A stretch of 64,000 bases of DNA from Eledone cirrhosa (Eukaryota). The notes below the pieces were generated by a model, which made no database searches, was not told the origin of the DNA, and saw only the letters and a program-made list of their open reading frames with translations. Shown here in pieces: positions 28,373 to 43,096 of the stretch; the first letter of the stretch is position 1, and the number at the start of each line of letters is the position of its first letter. Made by a program: the position numbers and the translations under genes. Location: NCBI GenBank assembly GCA_964016885.1, contig OZ024742.1:268956001-269020000 (forward strand). Direction: 5' to 3'.

Positions 28373-30046
28373 ACCCTAACACGCCTCATTAAGCTAACTG
28401 TTGCCAAAGCATTCTCTCCTTACAATCTCTACTACTCTGACAGTCTTAAATCCTAGGACTCCCTCCCCCTTACTCGCTTCCCTCTTCCCCTTCCCTTCCT
28501 ACCTCCTTCTTTCTCTTTTATCTAGTGTATAAAATATTTTCATATCATTCCACTACAAAGGTCTGAAGACATGGTGTGTTTTCTTACAGTGTACCTTCGG
28601 TTTATGATAATATTTTTATATTATTCAAATAGCGAGGTATAGGTAACCCATACACTATAGAATTTAAAATCTGGATTGATTAAACCGTTTCATAAATTGA
28701 ATGAAAATCTCAAATACGTAAATGTTGGATCTAACCACCCCATCTCTATAATTAAATCTATCCCTAAAAATATTTCCCTTAGAATCTCGGGTCTATCTTC
28801 TAACATACAAGTATTTAAGGAACACGCCGAGTACTACGATAACGCCCTTAGTAAAGCAGGCTACCTCAACAAAATAGAGTATATAGATGGGAACAATCAA
28901 AACACCCAAAATAAATCCCACATAGGTAGATATAATAACACAACACCAAACCACACTTACTACCGTAGTATGCACACCAGTAAACCAACAAACAAAACTA
29001 ATAGAAAGCGATGCAAAAAGTACTTATGGTATAACCCCGAATACAATAGTTCCATTAGTACAAATTTACCAGTACTCTTCTTTAAAATAATTATGAGACA
29101 TTTTCCTACATCACACAAATACCACAAAATCCTAAACCCAACCACTATAAGACTGTCATACTCTACAGCGTTAAACCTTGAACAACACATAAAAAATATC
29201 AATACTAGAAGGTTAAACGAAAACACTAAGAACTTAAGTACAAAAAACACAAAAAAAAACAGTAGACAATACACTACAGAACATAAATAAACCACACCTA
29301 AGTTCGTCCGCAATACTACTCCAGAGAAAACCCAACGTACACAACTGTAACTGCACCAATCCTGACAACTGCCCCCTCGGCAATAACTGCCTGGAAAAAA
29401 ATATTATTTATAAGTGTACCATTAAATCCGGAGGCAACGAGTGGTATTACGTGGGATAAACGGCAACATCGTTCAAATCTCGATTATATAGGCATTCTTA
29501 CTCAATAAAACACCAGAGCCAAAGAAATGTAACAACTTTAGCAGAAAAAGCTTGGACGCTCAGGGATAGCGATCAAAAGTTTACTCTAAGATGGGAGAAA
29601 TTAGCTAAAATCCAAAGCTTTTCCAGGAGCCAAAATTTCTGCAAATTATGTAATCTTGAGATTTATTACATAATCACACACAAGAAGAAATTGCTGAATA
29701 ACAGAATTGAACGAACATTATTCTGCCGTCACAGAACTAAAACCCTTTTTTTTCCACTACAAGCCGAATATTACATAAAAGAGGGACATCCCCCCAACTA
29801 TATAAACCTCATTCTAGTTAGAAAAATATAAAAACAATCTCTTCTCAACATATATTAATAACCTTAAATTACCACACTAATAATGGAAAGATATGCTGAT
29901 GAAAATAGGTGCACATATGCGATAATGAATGTGTCTAAAAACGTCCATAAGTATGTATATATATGTGAAAATGTATATAAATAAGTAAATATATATATAT
30001 GTTTGATGTGTATAGTAGGATGTAAGTGTATTCGTGTATTAAAGTG

Positions 30047-30125
<79 letters not shown>

Positions 30126-30840
30126 ATATGTATGTGTGTATAGATGTGTATGTATATGTATATGTGTACACATAGACTAGAGTATGTATGTATATATGTG
30201 TGTGTCTATGCGTGTGTATATAAAGATAAGTTGAGTATGAAAATGTATACACATGAACGCGTATGTATGTACATGAATACATGTGTGTATATATATATGT
30301 ATGCATGTGTATATGTATGTAAGTATGAATATGTGAATGTGAGTATAAGTATTTTGTAGAGGTGTGCAAATATATTTGTGTGAATGCGTGGGTGAAAGGA
30401 TACGTACACTTGAAAGAAAAATTTAAGTGTGAATGTTAATTAAGTGCAAACACAAAACCAACCACGCATAACTTTACTATCTCTAATCCTTCTATAAATT
30501 TAGAAAAATAACCAATAATATATTCTATAAAAATGTCAAAACAACAGATGGGAATCTAATTACTCACTGCCACCAAAAATTCTCACTGCTATCAACAAAC
30601 CACTCCCTCAACTATTCTTCTAACAACTTCACCCCTCCCTCCTAATATTCTCTATAAAAACCAAATAGGTCCTCAATAATATTATTCTGATGAAATGACA
30701 GTAAATAATAACATTGAAATATTGAATGTCTGCATAACTAAAACTTTGTAGATAGCAGCTGTTTTCAGGTTATGTAACTGTTATAGAAACACGTGTCAAT
30801 AAATTCCTTTCAACTAAACTGTATCCATTCAAATCTTTCT
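28373..30840 (+). mobile_element. PLE lineage A fragment preceded by another subfamily's pLTR; HHR at its 3' end
   Basis: 28373-28662 matches ~6525-6816. Body 28661-29780 (ORF 28676..29290, then frameshifted CNC..GIY-YIG). A microsatellite interrupts the UTR. Confidence 0.85.
30682..30802 (+). ncRNA. Hammerhead ribozyme with 92-nt stem II
   Basis: ttatt-CTGATGA-a-atgacagt..actgttat-a-GAAAC-acgt-GTC-aataa. Confidence 0.8.
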
Positions 30841-30917
30841 ATATATATATATATATATATATATTGTTATACTTTGGGAAGGTCACGTTCTGAAACGAAA
30901 TATATATATATATATAT

Positions 30918-31497
30918 TAGGTATAGGATTATCCTGGATGCAGTAATAGTTAATTACTACACTGGATAGAGTTGACATATGGTGAGGGGTTACTCAACGA
31001 GTTATGGAATAGTTGAATAAACTCAGTTACTGATCCTTCTGTATTCCGGAGTCTAGAATGATTAATAACAGGTAGACATCATACAACGGTAATTTATTCT
31101 GTGTGCTTACAAATGTTTCCATGGTGGTTATACAGCCTTTATAACTATTTGCAAAACACAATTATCAAATGCTGTGACCACTGTATCCTCAGAGCAGAAT
31201 GGTAAAATGTAAAATGTAAATACCCTTAAGTGAGGTTATTGGGGAAGATAGAGTAGAAAAGGAAGAGAGAAAAGAAGGGGAGAGGGAGAGAGATAGAGAG
31301 ATATGCAGGGGTTGGAGAAATGGGAGAGAGTGGTTTGTAGAATACAGATATCTTAATCAAAATGTTGTGGTAGGGGTTTTATTATACTGGTTACTCTTAA
31401 AGCGACAACCTTAAGCGATACGTTGATAGTTAAGGTTGGAATTATTTATTGCCACAGAGAGCAGGTTCATAGATGTCCAGAGAGAGGGAGGTGAACC

Positions 31498-31544
<47 letters not shown>

Positions 31545-32375
31545 GAATGAATAGAGATAGAGAGGGGACAGACGAAAGCTATGGGGTGAGTGTACATTGA
31601 GTTCATAGTTGTAGGCTACAAATTGCACTAAGTTTCCATTTATAGTGATAAGCAGGGTATTGTCTTGTAGTGTGTGGGAAGAGAAAGTGGTTAGCTAGAA
31701 AGCAATGTTATAGTTATGGGTTCGAATGTTAAGTTATTTTATAGTGAGAGAATTTAGCCTTCAGTTTGTGGTTGCAGTATAATGATCGTTCGATTCTATC
31801 ATTTAGTAATTTATTTTTGGATTTTAAGATGTAAAAAAGTTAAAGGTTACATAACGTACATTATTTCAATCCACTCCGATATGCAGTAGCGCTGGAATAT
31901 ATATCCCATTTCAAGGTGAATTGTTGGTTGCGTTCACGGAGTTGCCAGGTCTTGTTGGCGAGCGTGGTCACAAAACGGTGATTAGGATGTTATCGATGGC
32001 GATACCCGCGAGATTTAAAGGAGGTAGTGGTAGACCCGATGTAATACCATTTCTGGTCGTTCGATCAACAGTGCATTGGTAAACAGTGTTGGACTTTAGG
32101 CAGTTATTCTTCAATGGACATCTTTCAGGTAGGTGGCAGTTACAGTTTTTATTGTGGGTAGCGGGTATACAATGGATAGGTTGGGATAGCAGTACAGGTG
32201 AGTTGTGTAATACCCGTCTCCCATTTAGTGGTTGGGAGGCCGATACTACGTTATGCTCATCTGTTATTCAAATATTTTGTTTTGTAGTGTTGTTTAATTG
32301 TGTTAAGTTAAGTTTTTTATGTATGCTTCAAGGTTTCGTGCCGTGGAGTATGATAGTTTAATAGGTTTAGAGTTC
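30918..32375 (-). mobile_element. Degenerate PLE lineage A 3' fragment
   Basis: Minus translation PIKLSYST..NCNCHLPERCPLKNNCL..VYQC..WYYIGSTTTSFKSR..CTLCNL, followed by UTR and HHR. Confidence 0.85.
31104..31196 (-). ncRNA. Hammerhead ribozyme with 66-nt stem II
   Basis: Reverse complement: tgct-CTGAGGA-tacagtggtcacagc..gctgtataaccaccatg-GAAAC-attt-GTA-agca. Confidence 0.75.
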
Positions 32376-32399
32376 AGTGCAGTGTATATAGGGATATGG

Positions 32400-33639
<1,240 letters not shown>

Positions 33640-33669
33640 ATGTATGTATGTATGTATGTATATATACAT

Positions 33670-34268
33670 GTCAGGACACCAGTTAGTGCTACTGGTAACA
33701 TGTATCCCAGTACAACCTGTCTCATGGTCGGGTCGTTGGCGACTAAACTGGCAACCCCACCAAGGTTTCTTGGTGAGGAGGGTGACTTTGGACAGCCTGC
33801 AGGACTAAAAACAAAACCTGTCAAAGAGCAAAGGAGCTACTAAGAGTCATTGGCCATCCAAAATCACCGTGAGAGATGAACCCTTAGCTTTTGTCAAGGC
33901 AGAATTCTAGGAGAAGGAAAACTCTGATATAACACCTGCAACCTTGATAGTATCCAATGATGTTGACTTGTTCTTCTTTTTGGTAAATATCATCTTGGTT
34001 AAGAGAGTGGGACTGGCTTTGTGCAGTGCTTTTGCTCACTATAAAAGCTTCACGGCACAGGCATTGGAGATCTCTCTGCACTTGTTGTCACATGGTACCA
34101 TGGGCCCAGCACTATGTGTCAATAATTGTCACAAGTGTAGTGTTTGTACCAGAATGTTCAAGTCGCTGGCAGGACTAAAATTCACACACTCGTTCAGCGC
34201 ATCGGTAGGGGTTCTCCTACATGGATATAAAGTAGTGGCCGTACTCGAAAACGAGTTGGCAGCCACCA
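33670..34268 (+). mobile_element. Internally deleted RTE/BovB-like non-autonomous LINE
   Basis: RTE-like 5' region, an endonuclease-like trace, and a C-terminal C2H2 remnant [19 protein letters not shown] flanks. Confidence 0.45.
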
Positions 34269-34306
34269 TATATATATGTGTATATATGTATGTATATATA
34301 TATATG

Positions 34307-34382
<76 letters not shown>

Positions 34383-34383
34383 A

Positions 34384-35717
<1,334 letters not shown>

Positions 35718-35725
<8 letters not shown>

Positions 35726-36150
35726 TAAACGGAATAGAAAATGGTGACAAATTGTTCACAGTTGAAAAATGGTTTAATTAGGAATAAAAGAGTATTAGTG
35801 ATTGTATGGGTTAGTATTCAGTTGTGGTTTCAAGTTTTTAAGTTTTTACCGGTTGCGCATTTCTAAATGCTTTTCAAAAATAATTTTGAGATAGAGCGTC
35901 CGTGCTGTAATTTGCAGATCAGAGCAAACAGCACGGACACTCTATCTCAAAATTATTTTTGAAAAGCATTTAGAAATGCGCAATCGGTAAAAACTTAAAA
36001 ACTTAAAACCACAACTGAATACTAACCCATACAATCACTAATACTCTTTTATTCCTAATTAAACCATTTTTCAACTGTGAACAATTTGTCAGAATGTTCT
36101 ATTCCGTTTACCAATATATAATAATGTGTGTTACACCTCTATTCTTTTAA
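35718..36150. mobile_element. Fold-back element with ~190-bp arms in (TA)n
   Basis: Arms ~35718-35908 and 35928-36118 with a 19-nt spacer. GAAAtgcgca resembles an HHR 3' half. Confidence 0.8.
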
Positions 36151-36176
36151 CTATATATATATATATATATATATAT

Positions 36177-36513
36177 GTAGGAGGTGAGTTTTATTGTAGT
36201 ACAATAAAGCAATGCAGATATCGGATAAGAAGCACTCTACAGTTTGTAGGACTGGAGTATACATAATATATAAGATCAAAAGATGGTTAAAAGAGTTCCA
36301 TGTATTTTATTATGCGCATTTCAAAAACAAATATCATTATCCAATAACATGTTGATTTAAAACTGTACTATTCACAAGTGTTTAGTGTTTTTTAACCTTC
36401 ATATCATGTCTTCCTATTTTATCTGATAAAAACACAAATGTTAGTGCATGATGATATTTGTTTTTGAAATGCGCATAATAAAATACATGGAACTCTTTTA
36501 ACCATCTTTTGAT

Positions 36514-36520
<7 letters not shown>
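36177..36520. mobile_element. Fold-back element of the 9895 family
   Basis: Arms ~36268-36340 and ~36450-36520. HHR on + at ~36418-36482 with core mutated to CTGATAA. Confidence 0.8.
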
Positions 36521-36599
<79 letters not shown>

Positions 36600-36947
36600 T
36601 ATATTTATGTATGCATATATATAGAGATATATAATAATAAAAAGTGTTGACGGACCCAGCATAGTTATCAATGCCAGTACCGGTTGCATCTCAGCGCACT
36701 CCATGGGCAATGTAAGATACCTTCCCAGAGTATACACAAAGTTATTTCCTTCAACACAACACACGTAAAACGTGTGCCTATAAGGTTCCCGGGGACGAGT
36801 TTCTGCCGCACTAATGTAGCAATAAGGTGCACTGAACCATCTGTCTTCATATATTATGCAACAATGCACGATATATATATATATATATATATACATTTAT
36901 ATGCATATATTTATTTATATGCATATATATATGCCTACATATATATA

Positions 36948-38025
<1,078 letters not shown>

Positions 38026-38214
38026 ATATAGATATATATATGTCATCAATTTCTAGTTGATATAAAATGCTCGGAGGATATGGAGTATGTCTCTCCGACA
38101 TGACACCCTTAATTATATTATGGATATATACACAGCCCCTTAATGTAGAGCTAACTCAGTTGAAAGGACTCGGCTGTTATTTCTAATTGTCGATAAACCT
38201 ATTCAAGCAGCTCA

Positions 38215-38479
38215 GTGGGAGTTAAAAAGGATTTGGAACTGCCATGAGATCAAGGACGTCCTGATTGTCATAGACGCACTAGGTACTATCTCAAAGAGTT
38301 TCCAATGATGGTTAAAGAAGTTTAGTCAAGCCCCGCTTTTTGGAACACTTCAAAAGGCATGCTTGCTGGGAACAGCAAGAACCCTCCGATACGTCCTCAA
38401 TGTCTAAAGCTGCAGGTACCGGCTTGATATTCATTTCAGCAACCTTTCCAGTTAAATAACATCAATAATGAGACTCAAA

Positions 38480-38533
<54 letters not shown>
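38215..38533 (+). mobile_element. R4/Dong-like LINE 3' fragment with (AAT)n
   Basis: Matches ~42777-43045. Confidence 0.9.
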
Positions 38534-39370
38534 GGGAAGAAGACGCACGAGGTGACGGAGGTCATGAAATCGCTCCCGTAAGTTTTGAATTTTTAACATA
38601 TTTAAACCATTTGTGAAATAACAACTCTTAGTACAAATGCTACGTAAAGCACCCGGCTTGAGCCCCAAAAAATTCGGACCCAAAATATATTGTTATAAGG
38701 CTCAAATATTCAAATATTCAACTTTGTATTGTACACTGTATATCCAAAAAAGAAAATGGCTATAAATGGAAGAAGAACCCCCCCCCCCCCTCCTCCTCTG
38801 TATACACTATATAGAACAGCCAAACTCACCAACACCAGAAACTAGATACACCACCCACCCTATCACCTGTGTACACTAAACCACCACCGATCACTACGGC
38901 CATCATTACAACCATTATCCCATCACCGCCGCCACCACCCCTTCACTCCTTCACTGCTGCCACCGCTACAGCACCATCGCTACAGTAATACGGTCACATC
39001 ACCGCCACCACTGCCTCGGTATCGACATCACCACCACCACTGTCTCAGTATCGCTACCGCCGCCAGTCTCCCACTTCTTCTTTTAGCTGGCTGCTGCCAC
39101 CACATTATAGAATCCCTACTGCTAAAAAAGAGGAAGGCATCAAAATATATAGATAGACTCAAAAGAAAAAAGAAAAAATAAACAACAAAAGCAGCACAGC
39201 AACAACAGTAAAAAACGAGAAAAACAGAGAAAAACAAAAACAAAAAAAGAAACCCCCAAAACGTAAAGAAAATAAGAATGAAGAGAGAGGCAGGCGGACG
39301 GACAGAGAAGAGGGGGGAAAAAGTAAAACTTAAAAAACAAAAACTAAGTCAGACATTCGAATACTACATT
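38534..39370 (+). mobile_element. Probable 5' end (UTR plus low-complexity ORF1 start) of a Tx1-like LINE
   Basis: Leader gaagacgcac and tgacggagg shared with the 5' ends at ~55800 and ~49070 (minus strand). ATG ~38756 is followed by Thr/Pro-rich sequence. No RT is present to confirm. Confidence 0.45.
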
Positions 39371-39379
39371 ACAATGAAA

Positions 39380-42300
39380 CTTATGCTTATTCATTTTTGG
39401 GGCCCTTTCTGCCCGTGTGTTTGTTTGTTTATGTGTGTCCGTATACAGCGTGGTGATAATGCCACACAAGGGCCAAGTGGGATGGCGGATCCACAGATGG
39501 CTATGTAAACATACATTCGCCAATCCTCGATAAGAGTGTTTAAATATCGAACATAAACAGTTCGAATAACGGTGAAATGGAGACTAGAACGTCATGTGAC
39601 AGACTCTCACCCAACAGGTGCCCCCTGGCTCAGCAGCAGGAACCTGACTGTCAACGAAATACTGCTGATGTTGGAGGAAGAAGAAGAAGGAAAGGGGCCA
39701 GAACCAACTGGACGAAAGAATTGAATAGAACTGTTATGCAATGCTACCTGAAAAGTAACCCCAAGGAGAGGGGCTACAGGAGACGGATGCATAACATCTG
39801 GAACGAGATTGGTTTATTTAAATTAGATGAACAAAAATTGGCCGGGCAGGCTCGGGTAATAAGAACTAATGGGTGGATAAGCGAGCTGGAACTGGAGGAA
39901 CTGAGCAGAGAGAATGGCTTGGAGATGGCGGGTGTAGTATGCCAGACAAGCGAGCCGGCGGGAAATGAAGGTGAGGAGGTCCTGAGAGCGGAGGAACCAC
40001 CCGAAGCAGACAATGATCTGAATACTGAGATAAATAATACCTGGAACAGAGATACGGCCACTGAGGAGATGAATGCTGACGGGCTAGGACAAGATTCGGT
40101 TGACATCCTAAATTTAGTGGTAGATGAGTTGAACAATGATAGTGGGAGACCTATGAACCTAAGATTTGTAGACAGGAAAAAGTTAAAAGAAACAACAGCT
40201 AAGGTAAACAAAGTCATCCCATACCTTGAGGCGAGGAGTCTTCACCAGTGCAACAATATCCTCAAAGCAACAGCAAATACGGTGAGGAAACTACTTGGTA
40301 TAAAAGCGAGAGGAAACAACAGACAAGAAAGAGCAGAGCCGTGGTGGAAGAAGCGACTGAGTGGGCAAATCGGGGAAATGAGAAATGACATAGGAAAGCT
40401 TGAGTCACTACTGAATGGGACACTAAAAAACATAGGCACTAAAAATAGACTGGAAATAAAATACAAAACTAGGAGTAAAAAGCTAAATATTATCATAGAG
40501 GAATTGAAGCAACGCATTGTAGCAAAGAGTGCCAAAATCAGGCGATACGAGAACAGAGTCAGTCAGTATAAACAGAACCGCATGTTCGACAACAACCAGA
40601 AGATGCTGTTTGGACAGCTTGAGGGGAAAGAAAGAGGCACCGACTTGATCCCTGGGGCGGAACAAGCTAAAACATTCTGGAGAGGAATATGGGAGCAGGA
40701 TGTTAGACACAATGCCCAGGCAGGGTGGATTGAGACAGTACAGAGGGAGATCGGTGAGCAGGCACAGCAACAGACTGATTTGAGTATCACAGTTGAAACT
40801 CTTAAGGGGCAAGCCAAAAAACTAACCAACTGGAAATCACCAGGCCCAGATGGTGTGCAGGGGTATTGGATTAAACATTTAACATCCCTCCACCCGAAGC
40901 TGACGGCCATGTTCAATGACTGCTTGGTGTCGGGTGAGGTGCCAGAGTGGTTGACAAAAGGTACCACAGTTCTGATAATGAAAGACCGAATCAAGGGTAA
41001 TGATGTTACCAACTATAGACCTATCACATGTCTGCCCGTAATGTGGAAACTGTTGACGAGCATTGTGTCTGAGGAAATCTACCATCACCTCCACACAAAC
41101 AACTTGTTGCCGGACGAACAGAAAGGATGCCGAAAGAAGTCACGTGGTACAAAGGACCAGTTGCTTATTGATAAGATGGTAATGGGGAATTGCAGGAGGA
41201 GACACACTGATCTTGCCATGGGATGGATAGACTACAGAAAGGCATTTGACATGGTGCCTCATTCCTGGATCACCAAAAGCCTGGAGATCTTCAGGGTGGC
41301 AGATAACATCAGAGAGTTGCTGGGCAGGAGTATGGGGTCCTGGGAGACAGAGTTGACATCAACTGGAGTATCCTTGGGAAGCGTGAAGATCAAGAGAGGT
41401 ATCTTCCAGGGAGATAGCCTGTCCCCTCTGTTGTTTGTCCTTGCCCTGATGCCCTTGACCATTATGCTGCGAAAAGTGAGAGCAGGATACAAGTTGGGAA
41501 GGGGAGAGCTTACCATCAATCACCTCCTCTTCATGGACGATCTTAAGCTCTTCGGGAAAAGTGAGAAGGAGTTGGATGTGCTTGTTGACACTGTCCGTAT
41601 TTTCAGCAGTGATATATGTATGCAGTTTGGTATTGGTAAATGTGGAGTCATTGTGATGAGGAGGGGTAGGTTGAGCAGAAGTAACGGGATCCAGATACCA
41701 ACAGGTGAGATGATAAAGGAAATTGACTCTGAGGAAGGATACAAGTATTTGGGCGTTCTGGAGGCTGATGGCATAAAGAACAAAAAAATGAAGGAATTGT
41801 TAAGAACTGAATACATTCGGAGAGTAAGGAGCGTATTGAAGTCACATCTGAACAGCAGAAATGCCATAAGCGCAGTAAATTCCCGAGCTGTGTCTATTAT
41901 TAGGTACAGTGCGGGAATTCTGAGATGGAATGTTGCTGAACAAAAAGAAATGGATAGGAAGACTAGGAAGCTATTGACTATCTACAACATGTTCCACAAG
42001 AGGAGTGATGTCGATAGACTCTACCTAAGGAGATCTGAGGGTGGAAGAGGTCTTATCAGCATAGAGGACTGTGTTCAGATGGAGAAAAACAACCTATACA
42101 AATACGTGACCTATAGTAAGGAGCCAATGCTCAGAGCTGTACTGAAGGAGGGGAGAGTAGGCCAGGGGATACCCAAGGAGGAAATAACATCAAGGAGGAA
42201 GAGCAGCCTTAAGGGAAAATCCCTTCATAGTACCTTCTTTGAGAAAACTGAATTTAGAGATCCACAGACATGGAACTGGTTGAGAAGAGGAGACCTCAAA

Positions 42301-43055
42301 AAGGCTACAGAAGGAATGCTAATGGCTGCGCAGGAGCAGGCCCTCAAAACGAAGTGGTTGAAGCACCATATCTACAAGGAGGAGGCTAGCCCACTGTGCA
42401 GGATCTGTGGAGAGAGAGAGGAGACTGTGGCTCACATTGTGTCCGAGTGTAAACACCTAGCCCAGACCCACTATAAGGGCTGGAGACACGATGTGATGGG
42501 CAGGGTGATCCACTGGCACCTGTGCAAAGTAAACAATCTACCACATTCTGAGAAATGGTATGAGCATAGGCCAGAGGCGGTGATGGAGAACAGTCAGGTG
42601 AAGGTGCTGTGGGATTTTAGGATACAGACGGACAAAAAACTGGAACACAATAGACCTGACCTGGTGGTTGTGGACAAAGAAAAAAGATCGTGCCTGATTG
42701 TGGATGTGGCCTGCCCGTTCGACACGAGAGTGCAAGAGAAGGAGAGGGAGAAAATTAACCGATACCAGGACCTAAAGTGGGAGGTGAAAAGGATTTGGAA
42801 CTGCCATGAAGTCAAAGTGATCCCGATTGTCATAGGCGCACTGGGGACTATCTCCAAAGGTTTCCAGGGATGGTTAAAGAAAATCGGCCCCTTCACGCTT
42901 TTTGGAACGCTTCAAAAGGCATGCTTGCTTGGAACGGCAAGAACCCTCCGATACGTCCTGAATATCTGAGGCTGCAGGTAGTGGCTTGATATTCAATCCA
43001 ACGGACTTTCCAGTTAACCAACATCAATGACTGAGATTCAAGGAATAACAATAAC

Positions 43056-43095
<40 letters not shown>
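39380..43095 (+). mobile_element. Apparently full-length R4/Dong-clade non-LTR retrotransposon
   Basis: Single intact ORF, short 3' UTR, (AAT)n at the 3' end. Confidence 0.9.
39577..42969 (+). CDS. 1130-aa retrotransposon protein: RT, CCHC zinc finger and restriction-like endonuclease
   Basis: KSPGPDG, NYRPITCL, WIDYRKAFD, GIFQGDSLSPLLF, LLFMDDLK, YKYLG, CRIC..H...C, RHD, RPDLVV..DVACP..K..RY. Confidence 0.95.
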   Translation: METRTSCDRLSPNRCPLAQQQEPDCQRNTADVGGRRRRKGARTNWTKELNRTVMQCYLKSNPKERGYRRRMHNIWNEIGLFKLDEQKLAGQARVIRTNGWISELELEELSRENGLEMAGVVCQTSEPAGNEGEEVLRAEEPPEADNDLNTEINNTWNRDTATEEMNADGLGQDSVDILNLVVDELNNDSGRPMNLRFVDRKKLKETTAKVNKVIPYLEARSLHQCNNILKATANTVRKLLGIKARGNNRQERAEPWWKKRLSGQIGEMRNDIGKLESLLNGTLKNIGTKNRLEIKYKTRSKKLNIIIEELKQRIVAKSAKIRRYENRVSQYKQNRMFDNNQKMLFGQLEGKERGTDLIPGAEQAKTFWRGIWEQDVRHNAQAGWIETVQREIGEQAQQQTDLSITVETLKGQAKKLTNWKSPGPDGVQGYWIKHLTSLHPKLTAMFNDCLVSGEVPEWLTKGTTVLIMKDRIKGNDVTNYRPITCLPVMWKLLTSIVSEEIYHHLHTNNLLPDEQKGCRKKSRGTKDQLLIDKMVMGNCRRRHTDLAMGWIDYRKAFDMVPHSWITKSLEIFRVADNIRELLGRSMGSWETELTSTGVSLGSVKIKRGIFQGDSLSPLLFVLALMPLTIMLRKVRAGYKLGRGELTINHLLFMDDLKLFGKSEKELDVLVDTVRIFSSDICMQFGIGKCGVIVMRRGRLSRSNGIQIPTGEMIKEIDSEEGYKYLGVLEADGIKNKKMKELLRTEYIRRVRSVLKSHLNSRNAISAVNSRAVSIIRYSAGILRWNVAEQKEMDRKTRKLLTIYNMFHKRSDVDRLYLRRSEGGRGLISIEDCVQMEKNNLYKYVTYSKEPMLRAVLKEGRVGQGIPKEEITSRRKSSLKGKSLHSTFFEKTEFRDPQTWNWLRRGDLKKATEGMLMAAQEQALKTKWLKHHIYKEEASPLCRICGEREETVAHIVSECKHLAQTHYKGWRHDVMGRVIHWHLCKVNNLPHSEKWYEHRPEAVMENSQVKVLWDFRIQTDKKLEHNRPDLVVVDKEKRSCLIVDVACPFDTRVQEKEREKINRYQDLKWEVKRIWNCHEVKVIPIVIGALGTISKGFQGWLKKIGPFTLFGTLQKACLLGTARTLRYVLNI

Positions 43096-43096
<1 letters not shown>

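Noticed and set aside
30694-30785. SECIS element or selenoprotein PLE
   Set aside because: No convincing tandem GA quartet, and the cysteines I checked in these ORFs are TGT/TGC rather than in-frame TGA.
36788-36855. Hammerhead on the minus strand (ATGAAGA..GAAAC-tc-GTC)
   Set aside because: The core is altered and stem I cannot pair. At best it is a decayed remnant.
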